Both the position numbers and the translations under genes were made by a program. 64,000 bases of DNA from an uncultured Selenomonadales bacterium (GTDB taxonomy: Bacteria > Bacillota > Negativicutes > Selenomonadales > Selenomonadaceae). Below, one piece after another: positions 1-8,939 of this stretch. Each line of letters starts with the position of its first letter. The stretch's first letter is position 1. The notes under the pieces are model-generated. The model saw only the letters and a list, made by a program, of their open reading frames with translations. It was not told the origin of the DNA and made no database searches. The stretch covers positions 20,358 through 84,357 of the forward strand of contig CAMUZU010000006.1 in NCBI GenBank assembly GCA_947165295.1, written 5' to 3'.

Positions 1-10
1 TTGGCTCAAG

Positions 11-322
11 ATGGAACAAAGCCGCAAAGACATGCTCCTCGACCAAAACAAAACTCAACAAAGCTTGACCGACCAAGACCGTCAAAAAATTGCCGACTTG
101 CAACGGCGCGCTCAAAACGCCTCTTCGCCCGAAGAAATTGCGCAGATCAAAGCGGAGTTCAAGCAACTCAACGACAATTATCTTGCGCTGCAAAAATACA
201 TTTCCGCCAACGAATTTTTTTCGCACAATCGGTTTGACGACGCGCTGAAACTTTACGACGAAGCCGTTGCGCTCAATCCGAATTTCACTTACGCGTACAA
301 CAATCGCGGCAACGCTTATTAA
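11..322 (+). CDS. TPR-repeat protein, N-terminal part; the frame breaks at 318-322 and continues in the next ORF
   Basis: 103-aa ORF ending ...ALNPNFTYAYNNRGNAY-TAA, which stops in the middle of a 34-aa TPR unit. The repeat register resumes one frame over. Confidence 0.6.
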   Translation: MEQSRKDMLLDQNKTQQSLTDQDRQKIADLQRRAQNASSPEEIAQIKAEFKQLNDNYLALQKYISANEFFSHNRFDDALKLYDEAVALNPNFTYAYNNRGNAY

Positions 323-1211
323 CAAAGCCGTCGAACTCAAACCCGATTATGTCAACGCGTACAACGGGCGCGGTTGGGCTTGTTTCTACTTGAAGAATTA
401 CGAGACCGCGCTTGCCGACTTCAACAAAGCCGTCGAACTCGACCCGAATTATGTCAACGCGTACAACGGGCGCGCCGGAGCGCATTTCTACATGAAAAAT
501 TACGAATCCGCGCTTGCTGATTACAACAAAGTCATTGCGCTCAATCCGAACAATGCGGAGGCACATTACAATCGCGGCGTTTGTTTCCTGCGACTGGGTG
601 ACAAGTCCAAAGCTCTGGACGACTTCCTTAAAACCGTCGAACTCAATCCGAATTACATTGACGCTTACAGCGGGATAATTTCACTCGTGCCGAATTTAGC
701 GGATGCGTATAACGAACGCGGCAACGCTTACTTCAACTTGAAAAAGTATGACCTTGCGCTTGCCGACTACAACAGAGCTTTGGATTTCAACCCGAATTAT
801 GCTGAAGCTTACAACAATCGCGGTAACGCTTACATCAAATTGCAAATTTTTGACTCCGCCTTTGACGACTATAACAAAGCGATTGAACTCAAACCCGATT
901 TTGCCGACGCGTACTACAATCGCGGCAACGCTTACTTGAACCGGCAGCAATACGACCGTGCGATTGCAAATTTCAGCAAAGTCATTGAACTCAAGCCCGA
1001 TTTTGCCGACGCGTACAATCAGCGCGGAATTGCTCTTGTCCTGAAGAAAAATTACGCGCAGGCAGTTGCCGACTTCGACAGGGTCATCCGACTTGTTCCA
1101 AACAATGCCGCTGCTTATTACGTACGCGGGCTTTGTTATCAGGAACTCGGCGATGGCGCACGCGCTCAAGCCGACATTGCCAAAGCCAAAGAACTCGGCT
1201 ACAAAGGTTGA
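267..1211 (+). CDS. TPR-repeat protein (about eight tandem 34-aa units), probably the continuation of 11..322
   Basis: 314-aa ORF with reiterated AY.NRG.AY..L..YD.A..DYNKAIEL.PN units. The TPR register starts at nt 318 (INKAVELKPDY...). Confidence 0.75.
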   Translation: MRSIRISLTRTTIAATLINKAVELKPDYVNAYNGRGWACFYLKNYETALADFNKAVELDPNYVNAYNGRAGAHFYMKNYESALADYNKVIALNPNNAEAHYNRGVCFLRLGDKSKALDDFLKTVELNPNYIDAYSGIISLVPNLADAYNERGNAYFNLKKYDLALADYNRALDFNPNYAEAYNNRGNAYIKLQIFDSAFDDYNKAIELKPDFADAYYNRGNAYLNRQQYDRAIANFSKVIELKPDFADAYNQRGIALVLKKNYAQAVADFDRVIRLVPNNAAAYYVRGLCYQELGDGARAQADIAKAKELGYKG

Positions 1212-1323
1212 CGCGCCGACATGAAAATTTTTGTCGCGCCCGCCGCACGTTGAAGGATTGAAAAATTTTTCGTCGAAAGTTTACGCATGAAAAATTACGC
1301 ATTGACTTTTGGAGGCGGATTTA

Positions 1324-2277
1324 ATGGCAAACGACAAAGCTCGAAAGGGCGACGAAACTATCGGCGACAAGAAAGGTATTCTGCTTGAAACCGGCACAAA
1401 CGAATTTGAAATAGTCGAGTTCAGTATCGGCAAGGTTAATTACGGGATAAACGTCGCCAAAGTTCGCGAAGTCATTCAGCGCGCACCCGTCACGGCAATG
1501 CCGCAGGCGCACCCGTACATCGACGGACTGTTCACTTTGCGCGGCAAGGCAATTCCGCTGGTCAATCTGCCGCGGTGTTTGAACGTTGCCAACGGCGACG
1601 ACGCGAAGAATATCATCGTCACGGAAATCAACAATTACGACATCGGCTTTCTTGTCGAAAACGTGTCGCGCATTCACCGCATCTCGTGGAAAGACATGGA
1701 GCCTTCGCCCGAAGTTGGCGACCAAAGCCGCGTCGTCGGCATAATCAAAATGCCCGACCGAATTGTTCTGCTTTTGGACTTCGAGACAATCATCGCGGAA
1801 ATCAACCCCGAAATTAACGCCAAACTCACAACCGTCGAAGACGCCGCCGCTGACGTTCGCGCTTTGCGTTCGGACGTGCATGTCGTCGTTGCGGAAGATT
1901 CGCCAATGCTTCGCGACTTGCTGGTCACCACGTTGCACGATTCGGGTTACAGATTCGTTCGCGACTTCGGCAACGGCGCGGACGCTTGGGAATATCTGCG
2001 CGGACTTGCCGCCAAAGAAGGCGACATTTCCGACCACGTCGGCATTATCGTTTCGGACGTCGAGATGCCCAAAATGGACGGTCACCGCCTGCTTAAACTT
2101 GTGCGCGCCAACGACAGGCTCGCCGAAGTGCCGCTCGTTTTGTTCTCGTCGCTCATCAACGACGAAATGCGCTTAAAGGGCGAATCACTCGGTGCCAGCG
2201 CGCAAATTTCAAAGCCGGAAATCGGACAACTTATCGGCTTGCTCGACAAACTCATCTTCGGCAAGACCATGAACTGA
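1324..2277 (+). CDS. cheV: Chemotaxis protein CheV (CheW-like domain fused to a receiver domain)
   Basis: N-terminal CheW-like segment (EFEIVEFSIG..YGINVAKVREV) and C-terminal receiver (VVVAEDSPMLR...SDVEMPKMDG...SKP). ATG 1324 follows GGAGG at 1311. Confidence 0.85.
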   Translation: MANDKARKGDETIGDKKGILLETGTNEFEIVEFSIGKVNYGINVAKVREVIQRAPVTAMPQAHPYIDGLFTLRGKAIPLVNLPRCLNVANGDDAKNIIVTEINNYDIGFLVENVSRIHRISWKDMEPSPEVGDQSRVVGIIKMPDRIVLLLDFETIIAEINPEINAKLTTVEDAAADVRALRSDVHVVVAEDSPMLRDLLVTTLHDSGYRFVRDFGNGADAWEYLRGLAAKEGDISDHVGIIVSDVEMPKMDGHRLLKLVRANDRLAEVPLVLFSSLINDEMRLKGESLGASAQISKPEIGQLIGLLDKLIFGKTMN

Positions 2278-2299
2278 ACTTTACGCGGCACGAAAAAAT

Positions 2300-2329
2300 T
2301 CCTCGTCGACTGTTGGCGGGGATTTTTTG
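2300..2329 (+). terminator. Probable intrinsic terminator after cheV
   Basis: TCCTCG/CGGGGA stem with an 11-nt loop, then TTTTTT. Confidence 0.45.
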
Positions 2330-2345
2330 TTGACGTAAACGCAAT

Positions 2346-2489
2346 CGCGACGGTAACCGACCGTCATGAACACGCGAAATTCCGGCCGTCACGGATGACG
2401 GCCGCAGTCGCCTGTCGCACGATACAGGATGTATCGTAGCAGGCGCAGTTTTCTTTGGTTACTTTCTTTTGCTGCCAAAAGAAAGTAAC
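2346..2489 (+). repeat. Mosaic three-hairpin intergenic repeat, copy 1
   Basis: CGCGACGGTAACCGACCGTCA..., HP1 CGGCCGTCA-cgga-TGACGGCCG, HP2 CGCCTG..ACGATAC-aggat-GTATCGT..CAGGCG, HP3 GTTACTTTCTTTTG-ctgc-CAAAAGAAAGTAAC. Confidence 0.75.
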
Positions 2490-2577
2490 GAACACACACG
2501 CGACGAAAGTAACTGTCGACGTTAAAAATCATTAATGCTATAATGCACACGAATTTTTTCAAAAGGAGGCTTGCGCG

Positions 2578-3408
2578 TTGCTGAAACAGCGAACTTTACG
2601 AAATAAAGTTTCCTGCGCGGGCGTCGGCTTGCATTCGGGTCAAAAAGTTCACCTTGAATTGAGGCCGGCCGACGTAGACAGCGGGATAATTTTTTTGCGA
2701 ACGGATTTGCCCGACAAGCCGAAGATTCACGCAACCGCCGACAAAGTCAGCGCGACGATTCGGGCGACGACTCTGTCACAGAACGGCGCGAAAGTTTTCA
2801 CGATTGAACACCTGATGAGCGCGCTAAACGTCTGCGGTGTCGACAACTGCGAAATTGTTTTGGACGCCGAAGAACCGCCCGTCTTAAACGGCAATTCAAT
2901 TGATTTCTTTCGCATGATTAAATCGGCGGGCGTCGTCGAACAAAATGCCGCACGCAACTTCACGCGTCTGAAAAAAATTTATCGCGTGGACGCCGACGAC
3001 AAACGTTTTGTAATGGCTCTGCCTTACGACGGTTTTCGCGTCAGCTTCGTGTCGGTCAATCCGCACCCGCTGATTGGCATTCAATACGCCGACTTCGAGA
3101 TAACCGAAGAAATTTACGCTGCCGAAATTGCCCCTGCGCGGACGATCGCTTACGAAAAGGAAGTTGACGCCTTGCACAAGATGGGTCTCGGTCTCGGCGG
3201 CACGCTCGAAAACGTCATTGTTTACAACGACTCAGGTTGGCTTAACAAACTCATTTATCCCGACGAACTTGTCCGCCACAAAATTTTGGACGTCATAGGC
3301 GATCTGCGGCTTGCGGGCATTTTTAATTGTCATGTCGTGGCGGCGGCGTCGGGACACGCGCTCAACACTCAACTCGCGAAAAAAATTTACGCGGACATCA
3401 GGCAATAA
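2578..3408 (+). CDS. lpxC: UDP-3-O-acyl-N-acetylglucosamine deacetylase
   Basis: 276 aa, LKQRTLRNKVSCAGVGLHSGQKVHLELRPA... is a typical LpxC N-terminus. TTG start follows AAAGGAGG. Confidence 0.9.
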   Translation: MLKQRTLRNKVSCAGVGLHSGQKVHLELRPADVDSGIIFLRTDLPDKPKIHATADKVSATIRATTLSQNGAKVFTIEHLMSALNVCGVDNCEIVLDAEEPPVLNGNSIDFFRMIKSAGVVEQNAARNFTRLKKIYRVDADDKRFVMALPYDGFRVSFVSVNPHPLIGIQYADFEITEEIYAAEIAPARTIAYEKEVDALHKMGLGLGGTLENVIVYNDSGWLNKLIYPDELVRHKILDVIGDLRLAGIFNCHVVAAASGHALNTQLAKKIYADIRQ

Positions 3409-3442
3409 CCTATTGCCTATTCCCTACAAAGGAGAGATACCG

Positions 3443-3883
3443 ATGATTTTGGAAATCGAAGACATCATGAAGATTTTGCCGCACCGCCCGCCCATGCTTT
3501 TGGTTGACAGGATTTTGGAGATCGATCCGTTCAAGTCCGCCACGGGGCTCAAAAACATCACCATGAACGAACCGCAATTCGCGGGACATTTCCCGAACCA
3601 TCCGATTATGCCGGGCGTGTTGCAACTCGAAGCAATGGCGCAAGTCGGCGGCGTGGCAATGCTGTACCCCGAAGAACACCGCGGCAAAATCGCGCTGTTC
3701 GGCGGCATGAACAACATCAAGTTCAAAAAGATGGTCGTGCCGGGCGACACTCTCATTACCAAAGCGGAAATCGTCAAAGTTCGCGGGCTTATCGGCGTGT
3801 TGCACACCGACGGTTACGTTGACGACAAACTTGTCGCAATGGCCGATTTTACTTTCGTACTCAAAGGACACGACGAGCTGTAA
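3443..3883 (+). CDS. fabZ: 3-hydroxyacyl-ACP dehydratase
   Basis: ILPHRPPMLLVDRI...GHFPNHPIMPGVLQLEAMAQVGG hot-dog motif. ATG 3443 follows AAAGGAGAG. Confidence 0.92.
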   Translation: MILEIEDIMKILPHRPPMLLVDRILEIDPFKSATGLKNITMNEPQFAGHFPNHPIMPGVLQLEAMAQVGGVAMLYPEEHRGKIALFGGMNNIKFKKMVVPGDTLITKAEIVKVRGLIGVLHTDGYVDDKLVAMADFTFVLKGHDEL

Positions 3884-4737
3884 TGTCTTCGGGAGTGGAG
3901 CAGATGATTAAATTAGATAACACAGGCGACCCGTCGACAAACGCCGACATTCACCCCAGCGCAATTGTTTCGCCGAGCGCACGATTGGGCACGAACGTCA
4001 CAATCGGTCCTTATTGCATAATCGGCGACGAAGTTGAAATCGGCGACGGCTCAGTTATCGGCCCGCACGCCGTTATCGAAAAGTGGACTTCTTTGGGCAA
4101 AGACTGCCGCGTTTATCAATTCGCCTCCGTCGGTGCCGCGCCGCAGGATTTGAAGTTCAAAGGCGAGCGCAGTTACACTTTCATTGGCGACAGGACGACA
4201 ATCCGCGAAGGCGCGACAATTCACCGTGCCACGGGCGAAGGCAACGAAACGCGAATCGGCAACGACTGCCTGCTTATGGCGTACATTCACGTCGCTCACA
4301 ACTGCACGCTTGGCAACCATGTCATAATGAGCAACCTGGCAAGCTGCGCGGGTCACGCGATTGTTGAAGACCGCGTGGTTATCGGCGGCATGGCGGGCGT
4401 TCACCAGTTCGTTAAAATCGGGCGCAACGCAATGGTCGGCGGCATGAGCAAACTTGTTCAAGACGTCGTGCCGTACACAATCGTCGACGGTCACCCGGCA
4501 AAGGTCGTCGGCTTGAACAACGTCGGCATTTCGCGGGCGGGCATTCCGCTTGAATCGCGCCGCTTAATCAAGAAGGCGTATCGGATTTTGTATCGTTCGG
4601 GCTTGAACCTTGCCGAAGCAATCGCCGTCATCGAACAGGAAGTTGATTCGTGCGAAGAGGTCGAACACTTCCTGCGCTTTTTACGCAACGCCGAACGGGG
4701 CATTTGCCGCGAACGCCGCGACTTTGAAAGCAACTGA
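3883..4737 (+). CDS. lpxA: Acyl-ACP--UDP-N-acetylglucosamine O-acyltransferase
   Basis: Left-handed beta-helix hexapeptide repeats (IHPSAIVSPSARLGTNVTIGPYCIIGDEVEIGDGSVIGPHAVI) and an LpxA-like C-terminus. Alternative start at ATG 3904. Confidence 0.9.
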   Translation: MSSGVEQMIKLDNTGDPSTNADIHPSAIVSPSARLGTNVTIGPYCIIGDEVEIGDGSVIGPHAVIEKWTSLGKDCRVYQFASVGAAPQDLKFKGERSYTFIGDRTTIREGATIHRATGEGNETRIGNDCLLMAYIHVAHNCTLGNHVIMSNLASCAGHAIVEDRVVIGGMAGVHQFVKIGRNAMVGGMSKLVQDVVPYTIVDGHPAKVVGLNNVGISRAGIPLESRRLIKKAYRILYRSGLNLAEAIAVIEQEVDSCEEVEHFLRFLRNAERGICRERRDFESN

Positions 4738-4752
4738 ACTTGAGGTGTCTTC

Positions 4753-5106
4753 ATGACCACGAAAGAAATCAACGAACTTGCCGCGTGGACTGCCCGCGAA
4801 ATCCGCAACACCGTCTTGCAGGAAGGCAGAACTTTCGACGCGCCCGGCGAAGACATTCTTTGCGAATACGTGCGCTCGTGTCTCGTCAGTCAAAATCGCG
4901 GCGACAAAATTTCGGCGGAACTGTGCGCGAAATTGGCAACGGAACTTTTCAACCGCCGTCAACACGAAACGCAAACTCAAACGGAAGTCATGAACGCAAT
5001 CGTCATTTTCGGCGCGAAGTTTCCCGCCTTCGTCGAAGAAGAACAACGCGCCCGCGACGCCGAAGCCGCACGAATCGCCGCGACTTTGCCCGCAATCAAA
5101 GTTTGA
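4753..5106 (+). CDS. Hypothetical protein between lpxA and lpxI
   Basis: 117-aa ORF with balanced composition. GAGGTG lies 6 nt upstream of the ATG. No motif recognised. Confidence 0.55.
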   Translation: MTTKEINELAAWTAREIRNTVLQEGRTFDAPGEDILCEYVRSCLVSQNRGDKISAELCAKLATELFNRRQHETQTQTEVMNAIVIFGAKFPAFVEEEQRARDAEAARIAATLPAIKV

Positions 5107-5134
5107 ACGAAAAATTTTATCGGAGGTTATCTTA

Positions 5135-5938
5135 ATGGAAAAGCTCGGTATTTTGGCCGGAACGGGAAAGCTGCCCGTCGAGTGCGCACGCGCCGCCAAA
5201 CAGCTCGGTTACGAAATTTACGCCGTCGGTTTGCTTGCGGACTCCGACCCGGCAATTGCTCAGTTCGCCAAAGATTATCAATTTATCAGCGTCGCACAGC
5301 TTGACGCGATTTTGAATTACCTGACGACCAATCAAGTGCAAAAGGTCACCATGATCGGCAAGGTCACCAAAGAGTTGCTTTTCAACGGCGCGGTTCAGCC
5401 CGACGCGCACATGTTGCAGTTAATCATGTCGTTGCCCGACCGCCGCGACGATACAATCATGATGGCGTTCGTGCGTGAACTGGCTCGTGCGGGAATTCAG
5501 GCTTTCGACCAAACCGCGCTGATTCGCAAGCTCATGCCGCGTCGCGGGACAATCACCAGACGTGAACCGACCGAAGTCGAACGTCAAGATATGGAATTCG
5601 GTTTCCGCATTGCCAAAGAACTCGGACGACTTGACATCGGTCAAACCGTCGTCGTCAAAAGCCGTGCGGTCATGGCGCTTGAGGCAATCGAAGGCACGGA
5701 CGCTTGTATCGAACGCGGCGGCAAGTTGGCCTGCGGAGGTGCCGTCGTCGCAAAAGTTTCCAAGCCGCAACAGGACAACCGCTTCGACGTGCCGACCGTC
5801 GGTTATCGCACGATTGAAAACATGGCAAAAGTTGGCGCGTCGGCTCTGGCGATTGAGGCGGGCAAAACTCTGCTCGTCGAACGCGAACGCATGATTCAGT
5901 TTGCCGACGACAACGGCATTTCAATCGTCGCTATGTGA
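5135..5938 (+). CDS. lpxI: UDP-2,3-diacylglucosamine diphosphatase LpxI (DUF1009 family)
   Basis: 267 aa with the DIGQTVVVK..AVMALEAIEGTDACI..G...VVAKVSKPQQDNRFDVPTVG pattern typical of LpxI, in a lipid-A gene context. Confidence 0.8.
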   Translation: MEKLGILAGTGKLPVECARAAKQLGYEIYAVGLLADSDPAIAQFAKDYQFISVAQLDAILNYLTTNQVQKVTMIGKVTKELLFNGAVQPDAHMLQLIMSLPDRRDDTIMMAFVRELARAGIQAFDQTALIRKLMPRRGTITRREPTEVERQDMEFGFRIAKELGRLDIGQTVVVKSRAVMALEAIEGTDACIERGGKLACGGAVVAKVSKPQQDNRFDVPTVGYRTIENMAKVGASALAIEAGKTLLVERERMIQFADDNGISIVAM

Positions 5939-5979
5939 ATCGGCGGTGAGTTGCCTCGCAACGAATTGCAATTAAAAAT

Positions 5980-6010
5980 CCCCGTCACAAGCGTGGCGGG
6001 TTTTATTTTT
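5980..6010 (+). terminator. Intrinsic terminator after lpxI
   Basis: CCCCGTCAC-AAGC-GTGGCGGG hairpin, then TTTTATTTTT. Confidence 0.6.
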
Positions 6011-6022
6011 GAGGTGAGCAAC

Positions 6023-6703
6023 GTGAAACTTCCGCAGTGTGAAATTCTTCCGTCGACGGACGCGCAAGAAATTTTGTTCGTCAGCGGAGGCAAAGCTCCC
6101 AACGTCGATTGGTTGTCGGACGTTGCCGACGGGCGAAAAATTTTCTGCGTCGACAAAGGCATCGAAGTTTGTCGGGCGTGCGAACTCGTCCCCGAAATTT
6201 TAATCGGCGACTTCGACAGCGCGAATCAAAGTTGCGTCGAGTGGGCGCGCACAAAAAAAATCCTCGTCGAACGGCACCCCGTTGACAAGGACTTGACCGA
6301 CACGCAACTTGCGCTTAATCGTGCGGCTGAACTTTTCGGCGAACACGTCGCGCTTGTGACCGGCTGTTTCGGCGGACGCGTCGACCACCTGTACAGCACG
6401 ATTTTTACTTGCGCGGCGTCGAGTCGAAAAATTTTTCTTGCCGACGAACGCGAAGTGATTTTCTTCGTGACTGGCGGCGAACAAGTTGACGTAATGTTTA
6501 ATCGCCGACCGCTTGCGTTGTCGCTGTTGCCCGTGAGTGAAACTTGTTCGGGCGTGACGATTAAAAATGTTCGCTGGGAACTTGACGGCGCGACTTTGAC
6601 GCAAAGTTTCCCGAACGCAATCAGCAACCGCGTCGAAGGCGACAAAGTTTCAATCGGCGTCGAAGTCGGCAAGCTCGCGGTGTACCTGTGCTTTACCGAA
6701 TAA
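6023..6703 (+). CDS. thiN: Thiamine pyrophosphokinase
   Basis: ILFVSGG...IGDFDS...HPVDKDLTDTQLAL motifs. GTG 6023 follows GAGGTG. The longer ORF start (5951) would overlap the lpxI terminator. Confidence 0.8.
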   Translation: MKLPQCEILPSTDAQEILFVSGGKAPNVDWLSDVADGRKIFCVDKGIEVCRACELVPEILIGDFDSANQSCVEWARTKKILVERHPVDKDLTDTQLALNRAAELFGEHVALVTGCFGGRVDHLYSTIFTCAASSRKIFLADEREVIFFVTGGEQVDVMFNRRPLALSLLPVSETCSGVTIKNVRWELDGATLTQSFPNAISNRVEGDKVSIGVEVGKLAVYLCFTE

Positions 6704-6894
6704 CGCGACCGCAATGGAAATTTGTTCGGGCGTAACGATTAAAAATGTTCGCTGGGAACTTGACGGCGCGACTTTGACGCAGAATTTCCCGAACGCAATC
6801 AGCAACCGCGTCGAAGGCGACAAAGTTTCAATCGGCGTCGAAGTCGGCAAGCTTGCGGTGTACCTGTGCTTTACCGAATAACACAACCGCGACG
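6539..6894 (+). repeat. Tandem duplication (2 x 178 bp) of the 3' end of the thiamine pyrophosphokinase gene plus about 13 nt of downstream sequence
   Basis: Copy 2 (6717-6894) differs from copy 1 at only a handful of positions and contains its own ATG (6714) and TAA. Confidence 0.85.
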
Positions 6895-7012
6895 GAAACT
6901 CCGGCCGTCATGGATGACGGCCGCGCCCGACGTGTTCGCTTCGATTGGCGAGGCGGTCAACCAACTGTTCCCCCGCTTTTAAAGCGGGTCTTTCGCGCCG
7001 AAAGAAAGTAAC
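6886..7012 (+). repeat. Mosaic intergenic repeat, copy 2 (partial, with a nested GCTTTAAAAGC element)
   Basis: HP1 CGGCCGTCA-tgga-TGACGGCCG at 6901-6923 and an HP3-like CTTTCG..CGAAAGAAAGTAAC at 6988-7012. Confidence 0.65.
6929..6988 (-). mobile_element. GCTTTAAAAGC-hairpin element, copy nested in the mosaic repeat
   Basis: The reverse complement reads CCCGCTTTAAAAGCGGGGGAACAGTTGG... Confidence 0.5.
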
Positions 7013-7016
7013 AAAC

Positions 7017-7493
7017 TCACAGCGGCAATTGCTTGACCCACTGATTCAACGAATCGTTGTCGACGTGCCCGCGGAAAACTCTGCCTTCAACCCACGTGAC
7101 CGACGGCGCGCAACTGGGCTTGAGTTCAGCCAACGTGTTGCCGAAGCCCGAACCGCCCGACGTGGCGAAAAGAACAATCGTCTTGCCCGCGAAGTCCGCG
7201 CTTTCAAGGTAGCTGTTGATAATATGCGGCGCGACGTACCACCAAATCGGAAAACCCAAAAAGATCGTGTCGTAAGCGGCGACGTCGGCACTTTCCGCCA
7301 AAGCGGGGCGCGAAGTCTTGTTCGCCATCTCTACGGAGCTGCGCGACTGTGAGTCGTTCCAGTTCAAATCTTTGCCGGTGTACGGCGTCTGCGGCTTAAT
7401 CTCGACAATGTCCGAGCCGAGGAACTTTGCCAGGTTGTTCGCAATCCTGCGCGTTGTGCCCGTGGCGGAAAAGTAAGCAACCAAATTTTTCAT
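7017..7493 (-). CDS. Flavodoxin
   Basis: 158 aa with MKNLVAYFSATGTTRRIA... and LFATSGGSG motifs. GGAGGT RBS. Confidence 0.85.
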   Translation of the reverse strand: MKNLVAYFSATGTTRRIANNLAKFLGSDIVEIKPQTPYTGKDLNWNDSQSRSSVEMANKTSRPALAESADVAAYDTIFLGFPIWWYVAPHIINSYLESADFAGKTIVLFATSGGSGFGNTLAELKPSCAPSVTWVEGRVFRGHVDNDSLNQWVKQLPL

Positions 7494-7684
7494 CGTAATA
7501 CCTCCGAATTTCCTTGTCGTGTGAATTCAAAATGAACCGCGTCGTCGCCGAAAGATTTCTTCGTGACTTCGTAGCGAATCGCCGCGTCGGGCACGGGACG
7601 ATTTTTTTTGTCGTCGTCTTTGTCCAAAGTCGGCGGCTTAAGGACATTGATGATGTCGTCGAGTTTCGCGCCGTCTTCAAACAT
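7490..7684 (-). CDS. Hypothetical small protein
   Basis: 64 aa from ATG 7684, 6 nt after GGAGGTG. Its stop overlaps the flavodoxin start (ATGA). Confidence 0.5.
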   Translation of the reverse strand: MFEDGAKLDDIINVLKPPTLDKDDDKKNRPVPDAAIRYEVTKKSFGDDAVHFEFTRQGNSEVLR

Positions 7685-7708
7685 TGCAAACACCTCCGTA
7701 GCAGAAAT

Positions 7709-8866
7709 TCAGTAGCCGAAGACTTCGGCCGCATGTTTCATGTTGTCGCGAATTTTGACGCCGAACGGACAACGCTTTTCGCACGCGCCGCATTGAATGC
7801 ACTCGCCCGCGTGATGTTTCAACGCCGCGTAATGTTCGCGCACGGTTTCGGGCACGGACTTTTGAGCCGCCGTCAAATGCAGGAACTTCGTCACGGACGC
7901 AATGTCAATCTTCTTGACGCACGGCGCGCAGTGACTGCAGTAGACGCAATGACCTTGCCAGCTGATCTTCGGGAACGTGGCGAACGTCGTCGCGAAATCT
8001 TTTTCGTCGTCGGAAGCGGTCTCGTAAGCGACGGACTGATTGAACTGTTCGACGGTGTGCGCGCCCGCCAACACGCAAGCGACACCCGGTCGGCTAAGCG
8101 CGTAATGAATGCATTGGTGCGCAGTCAACGCAACGCCCGCAGGTGAAAGTTCCGCGTCAAGCAAGTCACCGCCGCCAAAACATTTCATGACGGTAATTCC
8201 CACGCCGCGACGTTGACAAGTCTCGTAAAGCTTTTGACGGTCGGGGTCGACGTTGGTCAAGTTGCTCGCGTAATTTGCCTCGTTCCAAAGTTCGTTGACG
8301 TCTTCGGACGCGGGAAGCAAATCGTAGCACGGGTTGACGCTGAACATCAGAACTTCAATCGCGCCGCTTTCGACGGCCTTCAACGCGACTTGCGGATTGT
8401 GGCTGCTCATGCCGATATGACGAATCTTGCCGGCGGACTTCAGCTCGCGCACGTAATCCAAAATGCCGCCCGTTTCAATCGTGTGCCAATCGTCAAGCGC
8501 GTCGCAGTAGTGAATCGTGCCCACGTCGATATAATCGGTCTGCAACTGTTCAAGCGACAGCTCAAATTCGGCTTTGACCTCGGACAACTTGCGCGAACGT
8601 TTGTACTGCCCGTCCTGCCACACGGAACAGATGTGCGACTGCGCGATAAATTTTTCTCGACGCCCGCGCAGAGCCTCACCGACGGCCTTTCGCACGTCGG
8701 GGTTTGACGTGTACAAGTCGAAGTAATTCACGCCCGCAAGTTCCGCCGCGTCAAAAAGTTTCTTCGTCATGCGGCAGTTGTCCTCGGCGAAACCTTCGCA
8801 GCCCATGCCGATTTCGCTTACTTTCAATCCGGTTGAACCAAGTTCGCGATAAATCACGGCTAACAC
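7709..8866 (-). CDS. Aldo/keto reductase with a C-terminal 4Fe-4S cluster domain
   Basis: 385 aa. AKR N-terminus (YRELGSTGLKVSEIGMGCEGF) and a C-terminal Cys cluster (CVYCSHCAPC...CIQCGACEKRCPF). Confidence 0.8.
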   Translation of the reverse strand: MLAVIYRELGSTGLKVSEIGMGCEGFAEDNCRMTKKLFDAAELAGVNYFDLYTSNPDVRKAVGEALRGRREKFIAQSHICSVWQDGQYKRSRKLSEVKAEFELSLEQLQTDYIDVGTIHYCDALDDWHTIETGGILDYVRELKSAGKIRHIGMSSHNPQVALKAVESGAIEVLMFSVNPCYDLLPASEDVNELWNEANYASNLTNVDPDRQKLYETCQRRGVGITVMKCFGGGDLLDAELSPAGVALTAHQCIHYALSRPGVACVLAGAHTVEQFNQSVAYETASDDEKDFATTFATFPKISWQGHCVYCSHCAPCVKKIDIASVTKFLHLTAAQKSVPETVREHYAALKHHAGECIQCGACEKRCPFGVKIRDNMKHAAEVFGY

Positions 8867-8939
8867 TCTCCTTTCGATACGCGACGTAAGCTTTTGACGG
8901 CGACGGCAATTTTCCTGCCTGCAGTGGACTCCGAAGTCA

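Noticed and set aside
5951-6022. I considered the upstream start (5951) for the thiamine pyrophosphokinase ORF.
   Set aside because: That stretch contains the lpxI terminator hairpin and T-run. GTG 6023 has a GAGGTG RBS.
6539-6894. I considered whether the duplicated 3' end of the thiamine pyrophosphokinase gene could be a DGR variable-repeat/template-repeat pair.
   Set aside because: The few mismatches are C/T, G/A and A/G changes, not adenine-specific. There is no reverse transcriptase or accessory gene nearby. The copies are directly tandem.
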